Assembly (NCBI GenBank): GCA_018398765.1
Contig: JAHBMJ010000223.1
Coordinates: 62,001 to 126,000, forward strand
Reading direction: 5' to 3'
DNA: 64,000 bases
DNA from: Chromera velia
Lineage: Eukaryota
The notes under the pieces: generated by a model
Database searches by the model: none
What the model was told of the DNA's origin: nothing
The model's input: only the letters and a program-made list of their open reading frames with translations
Shown here: positions 42,651-52,312 of the stretch, in pieces
Position numbering within the stretch: the first letter of the stretch is position 1
Layout: each line of letters begins with the position of its first letter
Position numbers and translations under genes: made by a program

Positions 42651-42974
42651 GTCTGTCTTTCTGTCTGTCGGTCTGTCTCTCTGTCTTTCTGTCTCTCTGT
42701 CTGTCTGTCGGTCTGAAGAAAAGAAGGGAGAAGAAGAAACATATAGTCTGTCGGTCTGTCTTTCTGTCTTTCTGTTGATCTCTCTGTCTGCCTGTCTGTC
42801 TGTCTCTCTGTCTGTCGGTCTGTCTTTCTGTCTTTCTGTTGATCTCGCTGTCTGTCTGTCTGTCTCTCTGTCTTTCTGTCTCTCTGTCTGTCTGTCGGTC
42901 TGTCTCTCTGTCTGTCTGTCTGTCTTTCTGTCTGTCTGTCTGTCGGTCTGTCTTTCTGTCTTTCTGTTGATCTC

Positions 42975-43005
<31 letters not shown>

Positions 43006-43122
43006 GTCTGTCTGTCTGTCTTTCTGTCTCTCTGTCTGTCTGTCTGTCGGTCATGAAGAAAAGAAGGGAGAAGAAGAAACATATAGTCTGTCGGTCTTTC
43101 TTTCTGTCTTTCTGTTGATCTC

Positions 43123-43153
<31 letters not shown>

Positions 43154-46100
43154 GTCAAAAACAGAAGAGAATGAAGAAAGACAAAGAGGAAAAGAAAAGA
43201 CGATACAGTCTGTCTGTCTGTTTGAATTGCGTGCTGTTGCAATGCTCCTCGACCTGTATTTATTTTCATACAGAATTTATTTTCATACAGAAAATAAATG
43301 CATGAATTGGTTGTTGCAGTGCTCCTCGACCTGTATCTATTTTCATACAGAATTTATTTTCATACAGAAAATAAATGCATGAATTGGTTGCTGCAGTGCT
43401 CCTCGACCTGTATTTATTTTCATACAGAATTTATTTTCATACAGAAAATAAATGCATGAATTGGTTGTTGCAGTGCTCCTCGACCTGTACGCCGACTGGT
43501 GTGGTCCCTGCAAAGCTCTGAAACCGGTGTGGGGGGAGCTCGCACGTCTGTTGGTGGGAGAGAAGGACATCGTGATTGCCTCCATGAACTCTGACGAGAA
43601 CAAAATCGACAGGGATCTATTTCCAGAAAGGTAGGAGGGAGGGGGGGGGGGGGGGACTTTGAATTTGATCTGTTTTCTGATGTTCTCTCTTCGGTCTCTT
43701 TACCTGTATTTTTGTCGCTTCGTCCCCCCGACCGTTTTTGTTCTTGTCCTCTTGACCTCCTGTGTGTGCGTGCATGTGCGTGTTTCGAGTCAAAGCCGCT
43801 TTTTTCATTGCATTTGTTTTCTTCTCGTGGGCCTTTATGTCTCCCGCATGGTTGAGTTTCTGCGTTTCTCCCGGATGTGGAAGGATGACACAGAAGAGAA
43901 TTGACCTGACGGCCAATGGGATGGTCGGCCCGCTCTTCTCTTATCTTCTCTTGTCTTTCTGTCTGTCTGTCTGTCTGTGTTCTCGTTGCTGTCTGTGAAC
44001 GTGACTCCTTGTCTATCAATGTGTGTAGAGTAAAACTGATGTATGTCAAGTAAATTGCCGGGCATCCAATCGTCGATGACGCTTGCAGGTACGTACCGAA
44101 CATCAAATTCTTCCCCGCGGAGCAAACGAAGAAGCGAAAGCCCATCGCTTGCAAGGTGGAGGACCGCACGGCCGTCGGGTACCTCACCTTCCTGGAACAA
44201 AACACTGGTACGTCGGCTTGTCCGTGGGTCTGCCTGCCTGTCTGTCTGTCTTTGGGGAGCATTTGGGGAAGTCCGATTGCTTTTCTTCTTCTGTCTGCCT
44301 CCCACGCAGATCTGTTGCCCTTCCTGTTCTGCTTGGGGAGACTCTGCGTGGAAGTGTGTGTGTGTGTGTGTGTGTGTGCAGGAAGGAAACTGCGGGACGC
44401 CCTCCTTGCGGACTCTTTCCCCGACTACTCGCAGCAGGTCCTCCTGTCCCTCAGAATGCAGGCGGCGCTGTCAGCTCTGATCCATGAGAAACCAAGACGA
44501 CCCCTCAGGTCCGTCTCTCTCTCTCTCTCTCTCAGTTTGTCTCTCTCTTTGTCTGTCTCTCAGGATCTTTGTCCTTCGGTCTGTCTGCATGTCCTTCTGC
44601 ATGCATTCCTTTCTTTGTCTTCCTGCCATCTTTCGCTGCATATAAGGCGGCATGTGTGGTCTCTTTCTTTTTCGGCTGTCCCTTTGTGCGATCATTGCCC
44701 GAATCCCTCACTCTGCGTGCCTGCCTGCCTGCCTAACTGCGTGCCTGCAGGTTTCTCTCCAATTACTTTCTCGACCCCTCCGCGTCTCACATCGGTCTCT
44801 CCCGAGATCTCGAGAAGGACGGCGGCAGAGTCCTCATTCCAGAACCGCTGCCCACTCCGGGGATCGACGTGGAGAGGGTCATCGCGACCCTCGTTGCCCT
44901 CGCGTGCAGCTTCGAGGCTGACAAGCTGGGGGGCACGGCTCTGGGTGCGGCTGCGTCGAAAGCGGCAGGTCTGGATGTGGAGACAGAAGCGCAGGTGGGG
45001 GCGGGGGCCGTATGCACTCCCGACGGCGGGGAGTGTGGACCTGCAGGCCCGTCCTCGGGAGAGGGGTCGCGTGAGGACGCGGCAACTGTGGCGGGCGTCT
45101 CTGCTCAGAACGTGACGGCGATTTTGAAGACCGTGAAGGAGAAGAGAAAGGAGGAGGGGGTTGAGGGAGGAGACGGCGGAGGAGGGCATCGGAAGGACAG
45201 GGAGAAGGAGAGTCAAGCGTCCCGTCTCTGGAAATCTCTATTTGAAACTTTGCAGGAAGGAAAACCGGAGGACAGCGCCTACTTCTCCTCCCACAGACTT
45301 GACGCTCTCCTCCTCTACGCACTCCTTGCCATCAGGACAAATATGCCTCCCGGTGCCTCGTTGTATCCCTTCCTCTCGGTGTTCTTCGCTGTGGCTGCAG
45401 CAGAGACGGACTGCGCGTTCTCTGCCGACAAAGGGGATCCGGCCGCTGCGGCTGCGGTCACGGCGTCTCTTGCGAAGGGCGAGAGGGGGGGTGGCTCGAA
45501 AGCTCCGTTGAGAAAGCTGAGGGTGCGGGTGCATGCAGACAAACTGCGAGAGAGCGAGATCATCGCCATCTGGCCGCGTGTGATTGCTCTCTCTCGGGCT
45601 GCGGCTGTGCGTGCGTGGGGTCGCCTTCCCTCGACTGAGCAGATCGAGAGCTCGATAGAGGGATTTGCTGACCTCCTCAAACAGGGTCTGCCAGTGGATG
45701 CCGCCCCGGCAGTGTATGGCAATGCACTCACTCCCCTCTTTGCCGCCTCCGCCTGTTGCAACATCCCGTTGCTGCAGTTCCTCTTCGCGAACAAGGCAGC
45801 GCTACAGCCGCACCAAGCCATCGGGGCCTCTTTATTGGAGGACGCGGAGGAGTCGAGAAGGAAGAGCTTCGGGCCGATAGAGGGGAAGGACGGGAAGAAA
45901 GAGACACCCCCTCCCCCCCAATTTGGCTCTGTCATGGCAGTGCTGCCTCTCGAGGCCTCCGCCCTTCTCTCCCGAGTTCCCGCTGCCCTCTTCCTTCTCG
46001 ACGCAGGCGCCTGTTTCGGCAGGGCATTCCATCTGGCGGCATCGCTCGGCAACAGTGCCCTTGTGGGAGCACTGCTGGCTGCAGGTGCGAATCCATGCAC

Positions 46101-49100
46101 GCGTGCGTCAGGCTATTCCCCTCTAGAGCTTGCTCTTTTGCATGGGAGGGTCCACTCTGCTGCTGTGATGCTCCGAGCTCTGATGGAGAGGGGGGGGGCG
46201 AAGAGGGTGGCGTCTGAGCTCTCTCGAGAGCTGAGTGGAAGGGCGCTGTATGACTTTGGACTCTCTCCCGAGAGCAGTATTGGTCACCTGCTCGCACGGA
46301 GTGGTGTCCTTCGTCTGAAGTCTCTCCGGCTCGTGCTTCACGCGGTTCCTCAGACGGGTACCCTGAAAGACAGCCAGAGCTTGACTCCCTTTGACTGTCT
46401 CCCCTCAACGTTGAAGGCTCAGGTGGTTCCCATGCAGAGCGAGTTGTGGAGCCTCCTGCAGAGCGCCTGCGCAGAGGAGATCGAGGAGGAGAAACTGAAG
46501 GAGCAAGAGGGCCAGGGAGGGGGCGTGAAGGAAGATGACAAGAAAGAGACAGAGAGACCCGCGCTAGCGAGTCTGAAGAAGTTCATGGAGCCGAAGGTCC
46601 TCAAGGCATTCGGTCCGGAAGTTCGCAACGGGGCCGGGTGGACCCCCCTCGCCTTCTGCGCTGTGCGCGGGTGTACGCGGACTTGCAAGGCTTTGGCGGC
46701 CGCTTATCGAGAATTGGGTCCTATTGAGGACGAGGTGGTCCGGGCTGCTCGTCGACAGAAGGAAGAGGAGTTAGCAGAGAAGCGCCGGATGGAAGCCGAG
46801 TTGTCTCAGATGTCCATGCGCAGAGGGGACGGAGTGAAGGAGACGAAAGCATCGAGGAAGGCAGCAGCAGCAATGGGAGGAGGCTCTTCAGGAGGGGGAG
46901 GAGACGGGTCGAAGTCGAAGGTGGATGAGACCTGGTTGGATCGAATATTCTCTCTGAAGAGCCCTCTCTGCGGTGCGACCGGATTCCAAACTCTCCCGAG
47001 TGAAGGCGTTTTTGGTCTGACTGCAATTGCATGGACGGCCTTGACGAATTGTGACGAGACCCGCATGGCTCTTGCAAAGGAGGGGGCCGAGCTATCTGAG
47101 AACGATCGATCTGCCCTTGACCTCATCAGACGGAGGATCAAAAACGGAGACGACGAATCGATCTCCCTCCTCACCCTCGACGCCACGCAAATCGGGTCCA
47201 GTGGACTGGGTGTGCCCCTGCCTCTCTCCGTCTCTTCTTCAGAGAAAGAAAAGGGGGGAGAGAGAGCACCACGGAAGGTAGAGCGGTACCACCCGAACTC
47301 GGATTATTTCAATTTGATTCTGGAGGCCCTGCCCTCTTCTCTCCTCACACACCCAAAGGCAACCCCAACAGGCACGCTCCTCGACGCGGAGCCCTCTCTT
47401 ACTCCCTTCGTCCGCGCTTTTCCGAAGGCACCCACGGTGGCTTCAACAGGGACCGCAGCGGCGGCGATGACAAGCCAGGGGGGCACAGAAGCGCTGGGTG
47501 CATCTTCTTTGAAGCGGCCGTCGCTCCCCGACGGGTCGCCTGTTGACAGGGAGAAGGGTACGTGCATGGGCCTGTCAGACGCCGCCTGGGTGTCTTTATG
47601 GATGGATGGATGGATGGATGGGCGTACGTCTGAGTGTGCTTAAGTTCGTTATTCTTCGTTTTCCCCGAATTTCTTTTTTTGGACGAACAAGGAGAATTCA
47701 GGGTTCAATGGGCTGGATGATCATAAGCAATCAGTCCTCTCTCTCTCTCTCTCTTGAATCCTAGATTGGCTCTTGAATGAATGAAATCTTCCCTCCTTGC
47801 GACGTGTTGTCTTCGTCTTCTTTTACCTGCATGCCTCCTGTGCATGCATCTATCTATGCAGAGAAGGAGAAGGAGAAGGACGCGAAGCTTCCACTGGCAT
47901 TCGACGGAACTGCCAGAGCGAAGTTCATTCTCAAGTGTGCGCAGGCGGAGATGAGCACGTGGCCGACCAGAGGCAAGCCCCCTGATAAGAAGAAGGAGGA
48001 GAAGGAGAAAGCGGAGGCCAAAGAGAAAGAGAAAGAGAAAGAAAAGGAGAAGGCGGAAGAGAAAGAAAAGGGAAAGGGTGAGGAGGAAGAAAAGAATTCC
48101 CCCCGCTCCCGAAATTCGCCCCGCGCTGAAAGGGGGTCCCCCCGCGCTAGAAAAGAGGACGAGAAGAAAGAAGAAGGAGATGCTGAGAAGAAGGCTGCAT
48201 CGGCAGAGGAGACAGCAGCAGCAGCTTCAGCCGCAGAGAAGGAGAAGGAAAAGGAGAAAGAGGCTGAAGCTGAAGCAAAGAAGCCTCCGGAGAATCCGAA
48301 CAACTTCACAAAGTCGGACCGTCCAGAAGAGAACACAGACAGAATTGAGCCAGGCAAACGTTATCCCCCAATCTTTCTCGATGAGTGGTTTCTTTCCATT
48401 CCCGTTCCCCTTCCCTGTCCGCCCTCTGAGAGGCGAAGGTCCTCTTCCCGCCGCCTCTCGGGGCCCCTTGTTCCCTCCGCAGATCCTCCGAGTGCTCTGT
48501 CTCCGTCTGCCGCCGGGAAGGATGAGAAGGAGAAGGGGAAAGAGAAAGAAGCAACAATTGAGAAAGAGAAGGAGTACATTCGACGCTCCCTGTTCTCTGT
48601 GGACAGGCAGGCAGCGTTGCAGTCGGCGAAGGCATTCACCCTTGCGAAGATCGCCATGGTTGGAGGCCGTGACTTCCTTGCCAACCGGTCGATTGGGGCC
48701 TGCAAGCTTCCTGTGAGGGCTGTCTTCTGCCTCCACGTGCTGGCAATGTATCCGGAACTACTCCAGGTCTTTTGATTGATCCCGTCTGCCTCCCTCCCTG
48801 CCTTCCTGCCTGCTTACTTGCTTGCTGGCTGATTGTTTGTTCGTCTCGTGGGTCGGTGGAGGTCGAAAGGGAAGAAGACTGCTCATCTTTCTTCTTTTCA
48901 TTTCGATCCATGGAGAGAGGATCGATCGAGCTTTGAATGATTTTCTGCTTTCTCATCTTTCTCGTAGTTTCATATGAAGTGTCTGCATGTCCTGCGATGG
49001 TGTTGTTCATCTCATCTATCTGCAGGAGAACAACCGAGTTTTGCGCAATGGTTCGACTTCTGAAGTCAAAAAATGGTTCCCTTTCTGGTATCATCTCCAT

Positions 49101-50940
49101 CCGGCTTTGCAAGGGTGGGTGGGTAGGTGGGTGCGTCCGTGATTATTTATGAGGGCGGTCTGTGTACTTTCGTTCTTGCTTCGTGTTCTTTCTGGCGGTC
49201 TTCTGCTTTTGGCGGAGAAGAGGACTTTTCTGTTTGTTTGAGTGCCCCACTGTCTTTCTTTTCGGGCACCTCCATTCCCTTCTTTGTGTGCGATGACTGA
49301 GTGTGTGACTGCATGTGGGGTACACCTGCGCATGCAGACTGAACGCCGAATGCGTGGTTCTGTACAAGAGCGTCTGCGTGAAGGACTCGGCCCTGGTTCC
49401 CTTCCTCCGACAGATCTCGGCAGCGTCTCACGGTGAGTCGGTCGGTGGGTCGGTCATTCGTTGTTTCTTTGTCTGTCATGAATAAATGAATGAATAAGTG
49501 GCCTCTCAATGAAGATGTCAGTCGGATACACAGAGCGAGTGGAAGGAAGAGCAACAACCCATGTGAGGGTCTATATCCATCGACACATTTCCTTTTTTCT
49601 CCTTTGGTATGCTGATGAAATGAATTTCTTCATATTTATCTTTCGCAGAGGGTGGCGGGATGAAATGGATCGAGTCTGCCGTGTGCACCCGAGAGAAGGC
49701 GCTGGCAGTTGAGGATCCGATGGACTCTCTCCTGACGTTGTCGGAAATGGAGGCGGAGGTGGAGAGGGCGGCAGAGGAAAAGGGAACACTGGCAGAGGTG
49801 AAGAGAACGAAGGTGAAGGCGGCCTCCAGACTCGTCATCATCAAGGTGAGTGCGTGCGTCAGTGCGTGAGTGAGCCTCTCTCTCTGGTGGGTCAGGAGAC
49901 GTCGTTCGCTCTCTCTTCGCTCTCTCTTCCCCCTCCCCCGCCCTCTGTGTGCGTATATGTGCATCAATGGAGGGAGAAGAAATTCGGTGATCCCACGCAT
50001 GCACCTCATCTGTCCAAGAAGTACCGCATTCAGAGGAAAGGCAAGAAAACCGCTCATACTTTTCCTCCCACTGCATTGTGTGTGTCTCCCTCCCTCTCTC
50101 CTTCCTTCCCTCCTTGGTTGTCTGTCTGTTCCCCCCGAGAGCAGGTGAGAGCGAAGAGTGCGCGTTCTCTGGTGGACTTCTCCCCTTTCGGAGAAGCCCA
50201 ACTCCACCTCTTCCCGCCCAACTCGACGTCAGTCAGTCAGTCGACCCACCCGCGCATTCTTTCTTTCTAGCCTTCTTTCTTTCTTTCGTCCTTCTTGCGG
50301 ATTTTCGGTGTGGGTGGTCATGCACCGCGATCCGGCAGTCCCATGTGCGTCTGAGCTTTGGCTTAGTTGAATTCCGTTCAGTGTGTGTCTGTTCCCTCCC
50401 TCCCTCCCTCGGTCGATTCACGTCTATCGAGAGGAAGAAAAGGGAAGGAAAGAAGAGAGAGAGAGAGAGAGAGAGCAAACATCTGCCTGCCTACTTTTGG
50501 TTGGATGGGTTTGAAAAAACACCTCCTGTCTAGCTGCCTGACGCGTGTCTGAAATATCGTAGAACGATGATCACTCCCTCAATTTATCGATGGATGGATA
50601 TGGATGGATGGATGGATGGATGGATGTACATGTATGTGCCTGCAAGTTGCAGGACGAAGCTCTCTGGAATCTTTGAGGCCAATGAGATGGCCATCCGCCT
50701 CGGAGTGCCGGACCCTCCCACATCCCCCTGCAGACTCCGCTCTGCTTCCTCGAACTCGGCTGGAGGAGTCAGTCAGTTTCAAAAGTGCATTCAAGTTCCT
50801 TCAAATTCAAGTTCACCACATCATCGATCGGAATGGAGGAATGGAGGGGTCCTTTGCTACTCCCTCTTTTTTTTTCCGATCGGTTGTTTCTGTTTTCCTT
50901 CAGGGCTCTCTCCCGTGTGTTACCCTCCCTCCAATTCAAA

Positions 50941-50982
<42 letters not shown>

Positions 50983-51215
50983 TTACTTCTGTGGGGATGA
51001 TCACTCACTGATCTTTCTTTCTCTGTATATCCATCCCTCTACCCCTCTCTCTCTCTGTCCATTCATTTCATTTCATTTATCCACATGCATTGCATGCAGA
51101 TCGGGGCGCCGTTCGTGTCGGAACAACAGAGCATGCTCGAACCCCTCAACCTCCTGGACCTCCATCGGTCTGTCTGTCTGTCTGTCCATCTATTGGCGTC
51201 TCTCTCCCTCTCTCT

Positions 51216-51253
<38 letters not shown>

Positions 51254-51280
51254 CATTGTCTTGTCGCTCGCTCTGTCTCT

Positions 51281-51318
<38 letters not shown>

Positions 51319-52264
51319 GACTCCCTCTTTCTGTTCTGTTCTGTAAGCCCACTAAGCCTCCTTGGCTGCCTGTTTGAGAGAGTGAGTTTGTGTGTGAGTG
51401 CAGTCTGACGATTGAGGAGATCGAGAAGGACGTGCTTGCGAAGGTTCAGGAGGCAGAAGAAGAGGGAGAGGGAGGGGTTGAGGAAGTCGGAAAGAAGAGA
51501 GGCAGAGGGGCAGGGGGGAAGACGAAGAGAGAGGGGGCCCGTTCCTCAGGACAGGATCCGATGAAGAAGGCGCTAATGCTGGTGATGGAAGACGCCGCCG
51601 CAGGACCGGAACCTTCCGCTGTGGCTGCGGGAGGCCAGCCGGATTCCTCCCAGAAGAACAAGACGCCCTTCGACAGTCTCGACGGATTCGGGTCCTGGAT
51701 CTCTGCTGGAATGAAGGCGAAGCCCCCAACGACCACAGAGAAAAAAGGAAAAGAAGGAGAGACCAAAGGTGAGACAGAGAGAGAGAGCGTGGGTTTCTGC
51801 GCATGTGTGCAGGGGTGTTGCCATTTTCCTTCTACGCGTGTGCCCACAATCTTTTCCCCCAGTGTGTCTTTCTGTTGTCACTTCCTTCTAAAGCACGCTA
51901 ACCTAGATCTTATTATCCCACTCGGGGTATTTGTTTGCTTGTTGAAATGCGAACGATTGCTCATTCCAGCATCGTGTCAACGTGCGTGTGTGCAGAGGGA
52001 GAGGATGGCGAGGAAGCAGAAGCTGGAGAGGCCGACGCAGAGGCAGAGGCAGATGGAGCAGCGGGAGGCGATGGGGGAGAGGACGAAGAAGAAGAGGAAG
52101 ATGAGGAGGAGAACGAGAACCCGTTTCTCTCCGCCTTTGGCAATCTTTTTAGTGATGGTGGCCTCGATTGGGGCTCGGGGGCCGCGGGGGGCCTCTTCGG
52201 AGGNNNNNNNNNNNTTGGGGGGGGTGGGGGGGGCGGGTTCTCTTTCGGCCAGGGATTCAATTGA
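1203..52264 (+). CDS. Giant multi-exon gene (~70 exons, ~7,000 aa by hand count): DUF3638/DUF3645 P-loop helicase-like protein with 2x LamG-like, EF-hand, thioredoxin, Dpy-30-like, ankyrin and ART-like domains
   Basis: Chain of GT-AG exons whose phases matched at every junction I checked, e.g. 1203-1211, 1310-1381, 1822-1954, 2286-2356, 2863-3019, 3903-4127, 4754-4824, 5332-5439, 5948-6010, 6574-6629, 6958-9027, 9509-9612, 10109-10195 ... 24792-25837, 29391-31780, 32379-32472, 34511-35762, 37099-38804, 39292-40100, 42046-42161, 43474-43630, 44751-47557, 47862-48766 ... 51996-52264 (stop TGA after ...FSFGQGFN). The true start is uncertain and may lie upstream of 1203; some small exons are approximate. 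Confidence 0.8.
2863..6629 (+). CDS. Exons encoding N-terminal LamG/concanavalin-A-like beta-sandwich domain (copy 1) of the giant gene
   Basis: Spliced peptide [11 protein letters not shown]...[29 protein letters not shown]...[27 protein letters not shown]...VDPRGFLLF...VRYVKF. DGxWHxxxxV...xYVDG is the LamG-like signature. Confidence 0.7.
3382..3538. mobile_element. 87-bp AT-rich hairpin insert (3417-3503) flanked by 35-bp direct repeats
   Basis: Direct repeats 3382-3416 and 3504-3538 (1 mismatch); inverted repeats 3422-3444 TTTACTTTCATACAGAATTCTTT and 3481-3503 AAAGAATTCTGTACGAAAGTGAA (2 mismatches in 23). Mobile origin is inferred, not shown. Confidence 0.5.
6958..9027 (+). CDS. Large exon (~690 aa) of the giant gene, helical scaffold of unknown function
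   Basis: Core of ORF 6734-9031; acceptor ccttcag at 6957, donor gtaggt at 9028; complex, non-repetitive protein sequence. Confidence 0.85.
11765..13023 (+). CDS. Small exons encoding motif [13 protein letters not shown]...[21 protein letters not shown]...VLEPGR...GLLLNEL
   Basis: Exons approx. 11765-11854, 12520-12638, 12920-13023 join in frame. The motif resembles a block I recall from protist giant DUF3638 proteins (recollection, not searched). Confidence 0.65.
19943..21403. repeat. 730-bp apparently exact tandem duplication across a single N (probable assembly artefact)
   Basis: 19943-20672 is repeated at 20674-21403 with N at 20673; the ORF track is repeated at a 731 offset. Confidence 0.9.
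21896..22182 (+). repeat. 83-bp tandem array (3 full units + partial) of splice acceptor/exon start plus AT-rich hairpin
   Basis: GCAGGATGGGAATGGAGT(C/T)GATGGTGGGGTACGAGAGG at 21896, 21979, 22062, 22145; the last copy is the real exon start (22149). Confidence 0.95.
24792..25837 (+). CDS. Large exon of the giant gene ([12 protein letters not shown]...[17 protein letters not shown]...[11 protein letters not shown])
   Basis: Core of ORF 24775-25866 with flanking cag / gtgagt splice sites. Confidence 0.85.
28595..28865 (+). repeat. Triplicated acceptor plus ~50 bp of exon start ([16 protein letters not shown])
   Basis: Copies begin at 28603, 28703 and 28815; only the third continues as coding exon (to 28924). 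Confidence 0.95.
29391..31780 (+). CDS. DUF3638-type P-loop NTPase/helicase-like exon
   Basis: [15 protein letters not shown], Walker [15 protein letters not shown] (30680-30709), Walker B IVDEVD (DEVD 31103-31114) followed by [10 protein letters not shown]; acceptor at 29390 is in frame with ORF 29510-31810. Confidence 0.9.
32379..32472 (+). CDS. DUF3645-motif exon ([25 protein letters not shown])
   Basis: Matches the LAxPFxxKDxPSxxSEFxHPD pattern of DUF3645; continues into the next exon near 32650 ([17 protein letters not shown]). Confidence 0.85.
34511..35762 (+). CDS. Second RecA-like lobe exon of the helicase-like core plus EQEQE acidic stretch
   Basis: [20 protein letters not shown] (motif V-like), LAQGAYRMR (motif VI-like), [23 protein letters not shown]. 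Confidence 0.88.
36069..37725 (+). CDS. EF-hand region of the giant gene (exons 36069-36222, ~36527-36700, 37099 onward)
   Basis: [51 protein letters not shown], i.e. 12-residue DxxxDGx(L/I)xxxE-type loops. Confidence 0.8.
38690..41347 (+). CDS. LamG/ConA-like domain copy 2, with Ala/Lys/Glu low-complexity insert
   Basis: [13 protein letters not shown]...[30 protein letters not shown]...[24 protein letters not shown]...[13 protein letters not shown]...VREVLV; collinear with copy 1. Confidence 0.7.
42046..44207 (+). CDS. Thioredoxin domain (PDI a'-like) with WCGPC active site; exons 42046-42161, 43474-43630, 44089-44207
   Basis: Spliced [44 protein letters not shown]...[11 protein letters not shown]...[10 protein letters not shown]...DRT; intact CxxC and cis-Pro (VP) motif. 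Confidence 0.92.
42162..43155. repeat. ~1 kb (TCTG)n satellite with higher-order units, intronic
   Basis: Continuous TCTG/TCTT variants punctuated by GAAGAAAAGAAGGGAGAAGAAGAAACATATAGTC near 42416, 42715 and 43055. Confidence 0.95.
43235..43490 (+). repeat. 77-bp tandem array (3 full units + partial) at the acceptor of the WCGPC exon
   Basis: TGCTCCTCGACCTGTA at 43243, 43320, 43397, 43474, separated by (T/C)TATTTTCATACAGAATTTATTTTCATACAGAAAATAAATGCATGAATTGG-type spacers. Confidence 0.95.
44430..44775 (+). CDS. Dpy-30/RIIa-like docking-dimerisation motif split across an intron
   Basis: [36 protein letters not shown] fits the (L/M)xxxLxxLxxx(K/R)PxxPxxFLxxY pattern. Confidence 0.6.
44751..47557 (+). 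CDS. Largest exon of the giant gene; ankyrin-repeat region
   Basis: [76 protein letters not shown] 44869-47643. Confidence 0.85.
48700..50227 (+). CDS. Degenerate NAD-dependent ADP-ribosyltransferase-like (R-S-E clade) domain; end of exon 47862-48766 plus 49026-49114, 49338-49432, 49649-49845, 50145-50227
   Basis: Spliced [12 protein letters not shown]...[17 protein letters not shown]...VVLYKSV...[16 protein letters not shown]...[33 protein letters not shown]. It follows the ART layout NxxLR...LxxAL..L...YRG...W..FxSTS...(I/V)xxFS.F..E.EVLFPP. Confidence 0.6.
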
Positions 52265-52275
52265 GAGTGGGGACT

Positions 52276-52312
<37 letters not shown>

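Noticed and set aside
41969..43082. Long ORFs on both strands (TDRQ / SVCL repeats, up to 357 aa)
   Set aside because: Translations of the intronic TCTG satellite; the same applies to the many [12 protein letters not shown] and LSLS ORFs throughout the window.
39306..48736. Long antisense or alternative-frame ORFs over the large exons (e.g. 39306-40088, 45315-46100, 48078-48716)
   Set aside because: Shadows of GC-rich, low-complexity coding exons with no independent motifs.
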